Assembly: GCA_028703835.1 (NCBI GenBank)
Contig: JAQVMB010000001.1
Coordinates: forward strand, 15,455 to 79,454
Length of the DNA: 64,000 bases
Reading direction: 5' to 3'
DNA from: Candidatus Peribacteraceae bacterium
GTDB lineage: Bacteria; Patescibacteriota; Gracilibacteria; Peribacterales; Peribacteraceae
Part shown: positions 1 to 11,228 of the stretch, piece by piece
Layout: every line of letters begins with the position of its first letter
How positions within the stretch are numbered: position 1 is the first letter of the stretch
Position numbers and translations under genes: made by a program
Notes under the pieces: generated by a model
Databases searched by the model: none
Seen by the model: the letters and a program-made list of their open reading frames with translations, nothing else
Told to the model about the DNA's origin: nothing

Positions 1-262
1 GACCGTCGCGGGAACGAGCTGACGGCGTTCCATCCGTGTCCCATGCTGGTTCCCGCCTTTCGCGGCTTCCGGACGCTGCTTCGGCGCTTCCTCTCGCCGT
101 AAAGACGGGCGGGTAATCCGTTTGCAGTCCAAAGCCCTTTCCTGTAAAGTTTCGCCGCTTTGGATGCAGACAGGTTTCCCTTCCAGCATCCGACGGTTGG
201 GTGTGTTCTTTTGGGAATAATCCGCACCTATCCTCACCCTTATCCTTCACCTCCCCGGAACC

Positions 263-2362
<2,100 letters not shown>

Positions 2363-2405
2363 GCCCTTCTTCAAGCCATGCAGCAAGCCGTAGTAAGCCA
2401 TGTAG

Positions 2406-2431
2406 CCGCACCCCTTCGTGGGTGCGGTTTT
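2406..2431. terminator. GC hairpin (CCGCACCC...GGGTGCGG) followed by TTTT, between convergent genes
   Basis: Read directly from the sequence. Lies between the fusA stop (2362) and the end of the minus-strand ORF (2436). Confidence 0.5.
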
Positions 2432-2435
2432 AGTG

Positions 2436-2987
2436 TCACATCTTCTTCACCGCCCCTTCCGCCTCCTTCAACTTTCGCTGCAACAGGCGCAGGCAGAGCT
2501 TGTTGATTCGGAGCAATTCCCCGGAATGCCGTTCCAGGATCGCGTGCGGTTCCTCCGTGGCGAGGAAGAGATTGCGAACCACGACCGGTGTCTCCCCGTG
2601 CAGCCGCAGCAGCCGGTCGCGCGTCGCCGCGTCCAGGAGACCGTGTTCCAGCGCGGCCCCGAACAGTTCCGTATCGGGTACCACGGCCGGAAGCAGACGC
2701 TCGGGGTGCAGGAGGAGCCGGTACAGGAATCGGTCGCCCGCGGATCCCTCCATTGCCACCGCCTCCTCCTGCGCCGCCAGCCACAGCCCTTTGCGGAGGA
2801 CCAAGTGGATTTGGTGCAGGGAGAGGTACGATGATTCCACGAAGTATCCCTCCCGGTGGGCCTTCGCCGCATGCATCAGCCACGGCTTCTGGATCTCGAC
2901 GAACGAGGCCATGGAGAGCAGCGTCTCCTGCAGGCGCGAGAGCGCTTTTGATCGCAGGGCCTTCACATCCGTTTCCAAGAGTGCCAT
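2436..2987 (-). CDS. Hypothetical protein (183 aa)
   Basis: Only frame in this interval with normal amino-acid composition; the competing ORFs are Arg/Pro/Gly-rich GC artefacts. TAGAAT lies 6 nt upstream of the ATG. Confidence 0.45.
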   Translation of the reverse strand: MALLETDVKALRSKALSRLQETLLSMASFVEIQKPWLMHAAKAHREGYFVESSYLSLHQIHLVLRKGLWLAAQEEAVAMEGSAGDRFLYRLLLHPERLLPAVVPDTELFGAALEHGLLDAATRDRLLRLHGETPVVVRNLFLATEEPHAILERHSGELLRINKLCLRLLQRKLKEAEGAVKKM

Positions 2988-3127
2988 CCGATCATTCTAG
3001 GTCGCCCTTTTTCCGTTCTCCAGCATCTGCCCGAGATTCCGTTATTATGTTTATGGAAGATATATTCGTCTCCCGTCAATTGTCACAATGTGGTAGGACA
3101 GTAATACTGAGACTCCTTCCTCTCCCT

Positions 3128-3583
3128 ATGCCCACCAAGAAACGTTTCACCGACGACAGCTACCGCAAGGAACCCTGGTTCCGTGCGCTCTGCTCAGCCT
3201 TCCTCTCCTGCAAGAATGAAGAAGAGATGGGCAGCCTCTTGCGGGATATCGGCACCCTCTCCGAATTGCAATCATGGGGAGAGCGCCTGGAGGTGGCAAA
3301 GCTCCTCGTGCAGGGGTGGAGCTATCGGGAAGTGGCGCGGAGGACGGGAGCGAGCACCACCACGGTTACCCGCGTTGCGCGGTTCATCGAGAATGGGGAG
3401 GGAGGATATCGCAAAATCCTCCACGCCCATCGGCACCACCGCACACAAACAACCGTTAAAACCAGAGACAATACAAACAACATCAATACAAGTTCAGCCC
3501 TTACAGAAAACAAAAAGTCTGAACAAATTTCTATCCTTCATAAGTATCTGCACCGGAAGCAGTCCCCTTCTTCCCATGAGTGA
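3128..3583 (+). CDS. TrpR / YerC-YecD family helix-turn-helix protein
   Basis: The sequence from the ATG at 3128 (WFRALCSAFLSC..EEEMGSLLRDIGTLSELQSWGERLEVAKLLVQGWSYREVARRTGASTTTVTRVARFIENG) resembles the Trp-repressor-like family. Overlaps the ribD start by 8 nt. Confidence 0.7.
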   Translation: MPTKKRFTDDSYRKEPWFRALCSAFLSCKNEEEMGSLLRDIGTLSELQSWGERLEVAKLLVQGWSYREVARRTGASTTTVTRVARFIENGEGGYRKILHAHRHHRTQTTVKTRDNTNNINTSSALTENKKSEQISILHKYLHRKQSPSSHE

Positions 3584-5096
3584 TGAAGCAGTCCATCACC
3601 GGTGGATGCAGGAATGTCTTCGTATCGCGGGAGAGGCAAGAAAGAATGTAGGAAATGGTGCTATGGCAGGGGCTGTACTCGTTCATGAGAACAAAATAAT
3701 TGCACAAGGAGTTCATCGTGGATTTGGGCAGGTGCATGCGGAGCGGGATTTGCTGCTCAGCTTCGGCGAGGAGATCCCTTCCGGTGCCATCCTGTACGTC
3801 AATCTCGAGCCGTGCTGCCATCAGGGAAAAACGCCGCCGTGCACGGACATCATCCTGGAGCGGGGAGTGAAGCGGGTGTGTTTCGGCATGCGGGATCCGG
3901 ATTCGCGTGTGTCGGGGAAAGGGATTGAGGTCTTGCGGTCGGCGGGTGTCGAAGTCATCGGGCCGACGGCGCGTGCGTCCTGTGAGCGTTTCAACAGGGG
4001 ATTCGTCTCCGTGCGGACGAAGGGGAGGCCGTGGGTGACGCTGAAGAAGGCGATGACGAAGGACGGACGGATCGCAAACGAAGACGGCTCGACATTGAAG
4101 ATTACGAGCGAGGAGCAGGACTGCTGGGCGCATACTTTTCTCCGTTCGCGCCACGATGCCATTCTCGTCGGCGCGGAAACGGTGGTGCGGGATGATCCGA
4201 AGCTTGATGTGAGGCGGGCATCAGCCCCCTTCCCCCAAGCTCTTCCCCCCGCCGTTCCCTCATCCCCTGACCCCTTCCCCCACGGGGGGAAGGGGAACAC
4301 GGAAGAATGGCCTGATCCCTATTCGAAGATTCCCGTCCATGCCTCCGTCCTGCACCATGCGCGGAAAATGAGAAAGAACCCTACGCCGGCGGAACTGAAG
4401 CTCTGGGAGGAATTACGTGATAACAAATTGGGATGCTGGTTCCGCAGGCAACATCCCATCGGCTGTTACATCCTGGATTTCTACTGTAATGACTTTCGCC
4501 TGGGCATCGAGATTGACGGCTCCATCCATGATGATCCGGAGCAACGAAAGCAGGACGAGGAGAGGACGGCAGCGCTTGAGGAGATCAAGGATGTGACGTT
4601 GCTGCGCTTTTCGAACGATCAGGTACTTCAGGATCTCCCCGCCGTTCTCCAAACAATAAAAGAACAATTAACAAAAGCCCCTCCCCTTATGGGGGAGGGG
4701 ATGGGGGTGAGGGAAAAAGAGGGACGAGCAGGGCCGGAGGTAACAACACACAATACCTATCAACCTTGGCGCATCATCCTCGATCCTAGTCTACGTATCC
4801 CGTTGGATGCACAGGTTGTCACGGACGAAGCCCGTACGGAAACGATCATCATCACGGACGCGTCGCGCGCGGGAAGCGAAACGGCGGAGCTCTTACGAGG
4901 GAGGGGAGTGCGCGTCTTCGGCGTCCCGGCGAGCGGCGGACGCTTCGACCTGCCGTCCCTCTGGCGCGTCCTCACGACGCCGACGGAGGATTTTCACGGT
5001 CTCACGAGCATCCTGGTGGAAGGAGGCGCGCGGACATGGCAGATATGTATGGACGCAGGAGTCGTGGATGAAGAGATCATGCTTATCGGTTCCTGA
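3576..5096 (+). CDS. ribD: Riboflavin biosynthesis protein RibD (deaminase/reductase), interrupted in-frame by a DUF559 module; C-terminus shorter than canonical
   Basis: Deaminase motifs HAERD and PCCHQGKTPPC. Reductase motifs GRPWVTLKKAMTKDGRIA, ILVGAETVVRDDPKLDVR ... PWRIILDPSLRIP ... ILVEGGA. About 183 extra codons in the middle. Ends soon after the EGG motif. Confidence 0.8.
   Translation: MSDEAVHHRWMQECLRIAGEARKNVGNGAMAGAVLVHENKIIAQGVHRGFGQVHAERDLLLSFGEEIPSGAILYVNLEPCCHQGKTPPCTDIILERGVKRVCFGMRDPDSRVSGKGIEVLRSAGVEVIGPTARASCERFNRGFVSVRTKGRPWVTLKKAMTKDGRIANEDGSTLKITSEEQDCWAHTFLRSRHDAILVGAETVVRDDPKLDVRRASAPFPQALPPAVPSSPDPFPHGGKGNTEEWPDPYSKIPVHASVLHHARKMRKNPTPAELKLWEELRDNKLGCWFRRQHPIGCYILDFYCNDFRLGIEIDGSIHDDPEQRKQDEERTAALEEIKDVTLLRFSNDQVLQDLPAVLQTIKEQLTKAPPLMGEGMGVREKEGRAGPEVTTHNTYQPWRIILDPSLRIPLDAQVVTDEARTETIIITDASRAGSETAELLRGRGVRVFGVPASGGRFDLPSLWRVLTTPTEDFHGLTSILVEGGARTWQICMDAGVVDEEIMLIGS
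4215..4763 (+). mobile_element. Hairpin-ended DUF559 (Vsr-like endonuclease) element inserted in-frame in ribD
   Basis: DUF559 core NPTPAELKLWEELR..FRRQHPIGCYILDFYC..LGIEIDGSIHD..RT..L.....LLRFSN. Local GC drop. Flanking hairpins at 4271-4295 and 4678-4700. The same ends recur at 32231-32347 and 36654-36787. Confidence 0.6.
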
Positions 5097-5099
5097 AAA

Positions 5100-5768
5100 T
5101 CATTTCGCGAATCCCTGTACGAACTTCCACGTGCGGACGAGGATTGTCTCGGTCATCGGGAGATTGCCGGTGGCGGCATAACGTTCCACCGCTTTCGCGA
5201 AGACGGCACCCTTGGCCGCGACGGCTTTGAGGGCTGCGGGGCGCTTGTCCAGGACGAGGCCGAACTTGCCCGCGCCAAGCGTGCAGCGTCCTTCGAAATG
5301 TTCGCCGAGCACGGAGCCGCCGAAGTAGCGGATCGACTGGCCGACGTGGCTCGTGGTGCGCTTGAGGAGTCCGTTCCATGCGGCAGCGGGCGCGCCGCCT
5401 GTGAAGAGCAGGTAGAACGGTTTCCCGTTCAGGGCGCCTTTTGCTTTCCGTTCGTCCATGGCGAAGCTTCCCATCCTGTCCAAAAGGTTTTTCAGATGCG
5501 CGGGTACGGAGAAGTTCCATACCGGTGAAGCGATGACGATGCCGTGCACCTCTTTCATCCGCTTCTCGATCCCCGGGAAATCATCCGAGACAGGTGCGGC
5601 GGGATCGTAATGCTTCAGGCTGAATTGTTCGAGTGTGACGGCCTTCAGGCGGATCTTTTCCACGATCGCATCGTTCATCCGCTGTTTGATTCCCGCAAGG
5701 AAAGCGTCGGCGAGCGTGTCGCTGTTGCTGGGCTCGTTCATACCGGCGACGAGGGCGAGAATCTTCAT
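5100..5768 (-). CDS. NAD(P)H-dependent FMN reductase / flavodoxin-fold protein
   Basis: Start at MKILALVAGMNEPSNSDTL... The segment HGIVIASPVWNFSVPAHLKNLLDRMG is typical of the FMN_red family. Confidence 0.7.
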   Translation of the reverse strand: MKILALVAGMNEPSNSDTLADAFLAGIKQRMNDAIVEKIRLKAVTLEQFSLKHYDPAAPVSDDFPGIEKRMKEVHGIVIASPVWNFSVPAHLKNLLDRMGSFAMDERKAKGALNGKPFYLLFTGGAPAAAWNGLLKRTTSHVGQSIRYFGGSVLGEHFEGRCTLGAGKFGLVLDKRPAALKAVAAKGAVFAKAVERYAATGNLPMTETILVRTWKFVQGFAK

Positions 5769-5967
5769 GGAGACGAGCGTACCAGCTTTCCCGATGCCGG
5801 CCCGTGTGCGGAAGGGAGAGAACAAAAATTTTGCTTTGCACGAGGTTGCGGAATGTGTCGGCACGGACGATTTTTCGCCTGTGGAAAAGTCGATTTGAAC
5901 AGGGTTCTCCGCTCGGGTATCGTCAGCCTCCTGCATACGCGACGAAGTGCTTGACCCTCTCCATCGC

Positions 5968-5983
5968 TCACAATATCTTGTGT
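5968..5983. promoter_or_regulatory. Candidate single NrdR box upstream of nrdJ
   Basis: TCACAATATCTTGTGT resembles the published 16-bp NrdR palindrome (acaCwAtATaTwGtgt); 6 of 8 positions are self-complementary. No tandem partner was seen. Confidence 0.3.
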
Positions 5984-5996
5984 TGTTGTACGCCCC

Positions 5997-8900
5997 ATGG
6001 GGCGACAGGTTGTGTTCCCCCTTGTTCTCATGAATCCTTCTTCGTCCTCACCCTCCCGCTCTTCCCATCCGGAGGAGGCCATATTGCCCCTGTCCGCGGA
6101 TGAGCACGCCGAGGGTGAATCGCATCGGGGGAAGGGTCTCTCGATCCCGCGCGTCTTCACGACGCCGGGCAACGACCCGCTGGAGGAAGTGCGGTACGAG
6201 AAGCGCACGAGCCGCATCGTGAACACGGACGGCTCCGTGGTGTTCGAGATGGAGGGCGCGGAGATCCCCGCCGACTGGAGCCAGGTGGCCACCGACATCA
6301 TGGTGAGCAAGTACTTCCGCAAGGCGGGCGTGCCGCAGTACGACGAGAAGGGGAACGTGGTCATGGACGCGAAGGGCAACGTGGTGACCGGCCCGGAGCG
6401 GAGCGTCCGGCAAGTGGTGCGGCGCCTGGCGGGATGCTGGCGTTTCTGGGGCGAGAAAGAAGGGTACTTCGAGACGGCGCAGGACGCGCAGGCGTTCGAG
6501 GACGAGCTATCCTCCATGCTCGTGCACCAGATGGCCGCTCCCAACAGCCCGCAGTGGTTCAACACGGGTCTCCACCATGCCTACGGCATCACGGGGCCGG
6601 CGCAGGGTCATTACTACTGCGATCCGAAGACGGGCGACGTGAAGAAGAGCGAGGACGCCTACACGCACCCGCAGCCGCACGCCTGCTTCATCCAGTCCGT
6701 CCGCGACGACATGGTCAACGAGGGTGGCATCATGGATTTGTGGACCCGGGAGGCGCGCCTCTTCAAGTTCGGCTCCGGCACGGGCACCAACTTCTCGCAG
6801 CTGCGCGGCTCCGCGGAGCCCCTCTCGGGCGGCGGACGCAGTTCCGGCCTGATGAGCTTCCTGAAGATAGGGGACCGCGCGGCGGGCGCCATCAAGTCCG
6901 GCGGCACCACGCGGCGCGCGGCGAAAATGGTGTGCCTGGACCTGGATCATCCGGACATCGAGGAGTTCATCAACTGGAAGGTCAACGAAGAGAAGAAAGT
7001 CGCGGCCCTGGCCAAGGCGGGCTACGACACGGATTTCAACGGCGAGGCGTACCTGACGGTGTCCGGCCAGAACAGCAACAACTCCGTGCGCATGCCGCAC
7101 GGCTTCTTCGAGGCGGTGGAGAAGGACGGCGAGTGGCACCTGTACTGGCGCACGGAGCTGCGAAAAGCGGCGCAGGAAGGACGGGCGCCGCAGTCGGCCA
7201 AGACGCTCAAGGCGCGCGCCTTGTGGGACCAGATCGCCTACGCGGCCTGGGCCTGCGCCGATCCCGGCGTGCAGTACGACACGACGATCAACGACTGGCA
7301 CACGTGCCCCGCGGACGGACGCATCAACGCGTCCAACCCGTGCTCGGAGTACATGTTCCTGGATGACACCGCCTGCAACCTGGCCTCGCTCAATCTCCTG
7401 AAATTTTTCGATGAGGAGCACGGGACATTCGACGTGGAGAAGTTCAAGCATGCGGCCCGCCTCTGGACCATCGTCCTGGAGATCTCGGTGCTGATGGCGC
7501 AGTTCCCGAGCCGGGAGATCGCGCGGCTGAGCTACGAGTTCCGCACGCTCGGCCTCGGCTACGCCAACCTCGGCGCCATGCTCATGCGCATGGGCATCCC
7601 CTATGATTCCCCGAAGGGCCGCGCCATCTGCGCGGCGATCACGGCCATCATGACGGGCGAGTCGTATGCCATGTCGGGGGAAATGGCGCGGTCGCTCGGC
7701 GCGTTCGCGGGATTCGCCCGCAACCGGGACCACATGCTGCGCGTGATCCGCAACCACCGCCGCGCCGCGTACGACACGCCGGTGCGGGAGTATGAGGGGC
7801 TGCACGTGACGCCCGTGGGCATCGACCGGCAGGTGTGCCCGTCCGAGTTGCTCACGGCCGCCAAGGAAGCGTGGGACCGCGCGCTGGCGCTGGGCGAGGA
7901 GCACGGCTACCGCAACGCGCAGGTGACCGTCATCGCCCCCACGGGGACGATCGGCCTCCTCATGGACTGCGACACGACCGGCGTGGAGCCGGATTTCGCG
8001 CTCGTGAAGTTCAAGAAGCTCGCGGGCGGCGGTTACATGAAGATCGCGAACCAGTCCGTCGCGCCCGCGCTGCACAAGCTCGGCTACGGCGAGACGCAGG
8101 TATGGGACATCATGAAGTACGTGATGGGCGCCCTCAGCCTGGAGGGCGCGCCGCACGTCAACCGCGCCGCGTTGCTGGAGAAGGGCTTCACCGCCGAGGA
8201 CATCGCGAAGGTGGAGAAGACGCTGCCGCAGGTGTTCGACCTCTCCTTCGCCTTCACGCGTTGGACGCTGGGCGACGCGACATTGCAGCGCCTGGGGTTC
8301 ACGAAGGAGCAGATCGACAAGCCGACGTTCCAGGTCCTGCCGGCGCTGGGATTCACCGCCGCACAGATCGAGGAGGCGAACGTGTACGTCTGCGGCCGCA
8401 TGACCGTGGAGGGCGCGCCGCTCCTCAAGCCGGAGCACCTGCCCGTCTTCGATTGTGCCAACCGCTGCGGGAAGATCGGCAAGCGCTTCATTTCGGCCGA
8501 AGGCCACATCCGCATGATGGCCGCGTCGCAGCCCTTCATCTCGGGCGCGATTTCCAAGACCATCAACCTCCCCAACGAGGCGACGGTGGAGGACATGAAG
8601 AGCGCGTACTTCCTCTCCTGGAAATTGGGCATCAAAGCGAATGCGCTCTATCGCGACGGGAGTAAGCTGAGCCAGGTGCTGAGCAACAAGTCCGACAAGG
8701 CCGAAGAAAAAGCGGAGAAAGTGGTGGAGAAGATCGTGGAGAAACTGGTCATCAAGGAGGTGCCGCGCCGCCGCAAGCTCCCCGAGGAGCGCATGGCCAT
8801 CGCGCACAAGTTCACGATCGCGGGCCATGAGGGCTACATCCACGTGGGCATGTACGAAGACGGGACGCCGGGCGAGATTTTCATCAAGATGGCCAAGGAA

Positions 8901-9440
8901 GGATCCATGCTTTCGGGCGTCATGGATACGCTCGCGCTCAGTCTCTCCATGAACCTGCAGTACGGCGTGCCGCTGGAGGTGCTGGTGGAGAAGCTCGTGA
9001 ACACGCGCTTCGAGCCGATGGGCATGACGGGCAACAAGGAGATCCCGATGGTGAAGAGCATCATGGACTACCTGGGCCGCTGGCTGGCGCTCAAATTCAT
9101 GACGAAGGACCAGGCCAAGCGCTTCCACAACGGCGATCTGGTGGAGAAGGCCTACGCGGAGGGCAGCAAGAGCAAGAGCGCCTTCGCGATGCGTCTCCAC
9201 GTGATCGACGAGGGCTCGCCCGTGGGGCATCTGGACCTGGGGACGATGGTGGAGGAGAAGACGAAGAAGGAGATGGACGCGGCGGTGGAGCAGGTCGTCG
9301 AGAGCCCCAGCAAAACGGCGCAGGCGAAGCTCCAAGGATTCACCGGCTCGCAGTGCTCGGGGTGCGGCAGCATGAAAATGAAGCGCAACGGTTCCTGTGA
9401 AGTCTGCCTGGATTGCGGCGCGACGAGTGGGTGCAGTTGA
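5997..9440 (+). CDS. nrdJ: Adenosylcobalamin-dependent (class II) ribonucleotide reductase
   Basis: Motifs NPCSEYMFLDDTACNLASLNL, VIAPTGTIGLLMDCDTTGVEPDFALVKFKKLAGGG and SKTINLPNEATVEDM, plus a C-terminal CxxC..CxxC tail. The start could be 5997 or 6030. Confidence 0.93.
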   Translation: MGRQVVFPLVLMNPSSSSPSRSSHPEEAILPLSADEHAEGESHRGKGLSIPRVFTTPGNDPLEEVRYEKRTSRIVNTDGSVVFEMEGAEIPADWSQVATDIMVSKYFRKAGVPQYDEKGNVVMDAKGNVVTGPERSVRQVVRRLAGCWRFWGEKEGYFETAQDAQAFEDELSSMLVHQMAAPNSPQWFNTGLHHAYGITGPAQGHYYCDPKTGDVKKSEDAYTHPQPHACFIQSVRDDMVNEGGIMDLWTREARLFKFGSGTGTNFSQLRGSAEPLSGGGRSSGLMSFLKIGDRAAGAIKSGGTTRRAAKMVCLDLDHPDIEEFINWKVNEEKKVAALAKAGYDTDFNGEAYLTVSGQNSNNSVRMPHGFFEAVEKDGEWHLYWRTELRKAAQEGRAPQSAKTLKARALWDQIAYAAWACADPGVQYDTTINDWHTCPADGRINASNPCSEYMFLDDTACNLASLNLLKFFDEEHGTFDVEKFKHAARLWTIVLEISVLMAQFPSREIARLSYEFRTLGLGYANLGAMLMRMGIPYDSPKGRAICAAITAIMTGESYAMSGEMARSLGAFAGFARNRDHMLRVIRNHRRAAYDTPVREYEGLHVTPVGIDRQVCPSELLTAAKEAWDRALALGEEHGYRNAQVTVIAPTGTIGLLMDCDTTGVEPDFALVKFKKLAGGGYMKIANQSVAPALHKLGYGETQVWDIMKYVMGALSLEGAPHVNRAALLEKGFTAEDIAKVEKTLPQVFDLSFAFTRWTLGDATLQRLGFTKEQIDKPTFQVLPALGFTAAQIEEANVYVCGRMTVEGAPLLKPEHLPVFDCANRCGKIGKRFISAEGHIRMMAASQPFISGAISKTINLPNEATVEDMKSAYFLSWKLGIKANALYRDGSKLSQVLSNKSDKAEEKAEKVVEKIVEKLVIKEVPRRRKLPEERMAIAHKFTIAGHEGYIHVGMYEDGTPGEIFIKMAKEGSMLSGVMDTLALSLSMNLQYGVPLEVLVEKLVNTRFEPMGMTGNKEIPMVKSIMDYLGRWLALKFMTKDQAKRFHNGDLVEKAYAEGSKSKSAFAMRLHVIDEGSPVGHLDLGTMVEEKTKKEMDAAVEQVVESPSKTAQAKLQGFTGSQCSGCGSMKMKRNGSCEVCLDCGATSGCS

Positions 9441-9453
9441 GCATGTCTGATTT

Positions 9454-9484
9454 CTTCTTTCTTTCCAGGGCGGAAAGAAAGAAG
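9454..9484 (+). terminator. 13-bp stem hairpin just after the nrdJ stop
   Basis: CTTCTTTCTTTCC-agggc-GGAAAGAAAGAAG read directly. No T-run follows. Confidence 0.4.
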
Positions 9485-9693
9485 CAAAGAAACGCTCACG
9501 CGCCAATGACTCCTCCTCCCGGCCCTGCGCCTTCTCGCCGGCAGCTCCAAGGTTTCGCTGCCGTCTCGTCGGCGTTGTGCTGTCGCACAGGGCCTTCTCC
9601 TTCACCCCCCGTGGCGCGCGTCCTCGCCGATTGTTTGTTCTCCGTGTTTATTCTGCATTCTCAATTCTTCATTCTCCATTTATCATTCCCCCG

Positions 9694-10134
9694 ATGTCAG
9701 ATTCCTATTTAGACCACATTCCATCGAAAGAGCGCGAGAAGATCCGCAAGCGCATGCGCAGTCCGGAAGCGTACGAAAAATTGCGCGAGAAAGTGAAGGG
9801 TCCCGAGGACCTGGAGCGGGAGTTGGAACACGGTGAGAAGATGGCCGAGGTGGGCTTCGCGCTGGAGACGGAGCCGCGCGCGCAGGAGCGACTGAAAAAC
9901 GCCGTGGAGCAGGATTTGAAAGAGCAGGGAATTGAGGAGATCCTGGAAAAAACGCCGGATCCCGAGACGAGGAAAACGCTGGAGAAGGGGAAGTTCCGGC
10001 TGGCCGTATCATCCCATCCTTCGACGCATGCGGATCAGATTATGATTGTCCCCGAAGGGACGGTGCAGGAGAAATTGCCCGTTAAAACGACGCACAGTGA
10101 ACGGTATGCGGGGATGCTGCAAAAGGGGGAATGA
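9694..10134 (+). CDS. Hypothetical charged protein (146 aa)
   Basis: Protein-like composition from MSDSYLDHIPSKEREKIRK. Preceded by a 7-nt tandem repeat (ATTCTnn x6). No family recognised. Confidence 0.5.
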   Translation: MSDSYLDHIPSKEREKIRKRMRSPEAYEKLREKVKGPEDLERELEHGEKMAEVGFALETEPRAQERLKNAVEQDLKEQGIEEILEKTPDPETRKTLEKGKFRLAVSSHPSTHADQIMIVPEGTVQEKLPVKTTHSERYAGMLQKGE

Positions 10135-10395
10135 GCATCTGTCGTATGGAACACACGGGCGCTTTGTGAGAGCGCATGCGGACGGATCAGGTGTTTAAAA
10201 CGTGACAAACAGGATCCCGAAGAGTGCGATGAGGAAGAACGTCGTACGCATGGAAGAGACGAAAAAGGCGACCGCGCGAGGGGTGCTGAAGCAACCGTGG
10301 ATGCTATCCCTTCTTTCTTCATCTGCAACATGAGTTCGAAAAAAGCCCTCGACAGAGAGCAGGAACTTGAACATTTTATTAGTACAAGCGAGCGG

Positions 10396-10692
10396 CTATT
10401 CTTTCGAAAGCGCCGTCATATCATCGTCCGGAGCCGTCTTGTTCGGGATCGTTTTTCCGCAGACGGTACAGCGGTGCAGCACCATCCATCCCTTTTTTCC
10501 GTCGTAATCGAGGTGGACCGGTTCCATCAACCCGCCGCAGAGAGATGCGCGGTCGCCGGGGCCGATGTCATCCACATGCTTGCTCCAGAGGCAGCGGGGA
10601 CAGTGATTGCGGTAGCTGCCCTTTTCCAGAGGCGCCACGGCGGAGCCGCAGTGTTCGCAGACGAAGGGTTCTTGGCGGGCGAGGAAGACCAT
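10396..10692 (-). CDS. RNHCP-domain zinc-binding protein
   Basis: MVFLARQEPFVCEHCGSAVAPLEKGSYRNHCPRCLWSKHVD...HRCTVCGK. Contains a literal RNHCP motif and CxxC pairs. Confidence 0.6.
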   Translation of the reverse strand: MVFLARQEPFVCEHCGSAVAPLEKGSYRNHCPRCLWSKHVDDIGPGDRASLCGGLMEPVHLDYDGKKGWMVLHRCTVCGKTIPNKTAPDDDMTALSKE

Positions 10693-10696
10693 GATG

Positions 10697-10739
10697 GAGG
10701 AAACCGAGGAAGCCGAGGAGACCGAAGAGACCGAGGAAC
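10697..10739. repeat. Left arm of a GAGGAAWCC 9-mer word array (5 units)
   Basis: GAGGAAACC GAGGAAGCC GAGGAGACC GAAGAGACC GAGGAAC. An 18-nt block is exactly complementary to 11229-11267. Confidence 0.8.
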
Positions 10740-10869
10740 TATATACGAAGCGTTCTGCATGGGTATAGAACGTTTTCCGGCTGAATCTAAAGCCACGATT
10801 ATTGTCACAACACTTTGTCACATTTACTTGGATATCACACGAAAATATACGAAACAATACTGTACGTTC

Positions 10870-11226
10870 ATGCATCAACGTCCCCATGAGAAACTTGTTG
10901 TATGGCGAGAGGCGCACGCGCTCACTCTCTTGCTCTATCGCCTGACAGGCACATTTCCGCAAGAAGAACGTTTCGGTCTGGTATCACAGATGCGCCGTTC
11001 CAGTGCCAGTGTTCCGACGAATATTGCCGAAGGAAACGCAAAGAAATCCAATAAGGAAAGGCATCAGTTCTTCGAGCGATCATTGGCTTCACTGGAGGAA
11101 CTGCATTATCAGTGTCGACTTTCTCGGGATCTTGGTTACTTGTCTCAGGAGTATTTCGAACGTTTGGATGATCACATGCAACGTGTGAGTTACCTGCTCA
11201 CAAGGCTGAAAGTGAGTATTTCCTGA
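10870..11226 (+). CDS. Four-helix-bundle protein (23S rRNA intervening-sequence protein family)
   Basis: EKLVVWREAHALTLLLYRLTGTFPQEERFGLVSQMRRSSASVPTNIAEGNAK...ELHYQCRLSRDLGYL is typical of this family. The gene is AT-rich and on the opposite strand to its neighbours. Confidence 0.8.
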   Translation: MHQRPHEKLVVWREAHALTLLLYRLTGTFPQEERFGLVSQMRRSSASVPTNIAEGNAKKSNKERHQFFERSLASLEELHYQCRLSRDLGYLSQEYFERLDDHMQRVSYLLTRLKVSIS

Positions 11227-11228
11227 TC

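Noticed and set aside
1-102. Open frame running into the window start and ending at TAA 100-102. An rpsG 3-prime end was expected upstream of fusA.
   Set aside because: The translation (…LVPAFRGFRTLLRRFLSP) does not resemble the S7 C-terminus or anything else I recognise.
4215-4763. Possibility that the ribD insert is an intein. The insert ends ...TTHN followed by T, reminiscent of the intein C-terminal HN plus Ser/Thr/Cys.
   Set aside because: No Hint-domain blocks are present (no N-terminal Cys/Ser splicing block and no TxxH block). Almost the whole insert is accounted for by the DUF559 fold plus hairpin-encoded linkers. The HN-T is most likely coincidence.
5769-5996. Cobalamin riboswitch upstream of the B12-dependent RNR.
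   Set aside because: I could not find a B12-box-like core. Such riboswitches normally control B12-independent isozymes or transporters. Only a single weak NrdR-box-like palindrome was kept, at low confidence.
5997-9440. Intein or other insertion in the unusually long (1147-aa) ribonucleotide reductase.
   Set aside because: The sequence reads as continuous long-form class II RNR, including the C-terminal extension and Zn-finger tail. No Hint or homing-endonuclease motifs were noticed.
6507-9605. 1032-aa ORF on the minus strand, the longest of its kind in the track.
   Set aside because: It lies entirely antisense to the motif-rich nrdJ gene. The translation is an Arg/Gly/Ala/His/Leu-rich low-complexity string, typical of stop-poor antisense frames in GC-rich DNA.
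10195-10251. 18-codon hydrophobic mini-ORF (MRTTFFLIALFGILFVTF) on the minus strand between two genes.
   Set aside because: It is too short and has no supporting signals, so it may be chance.
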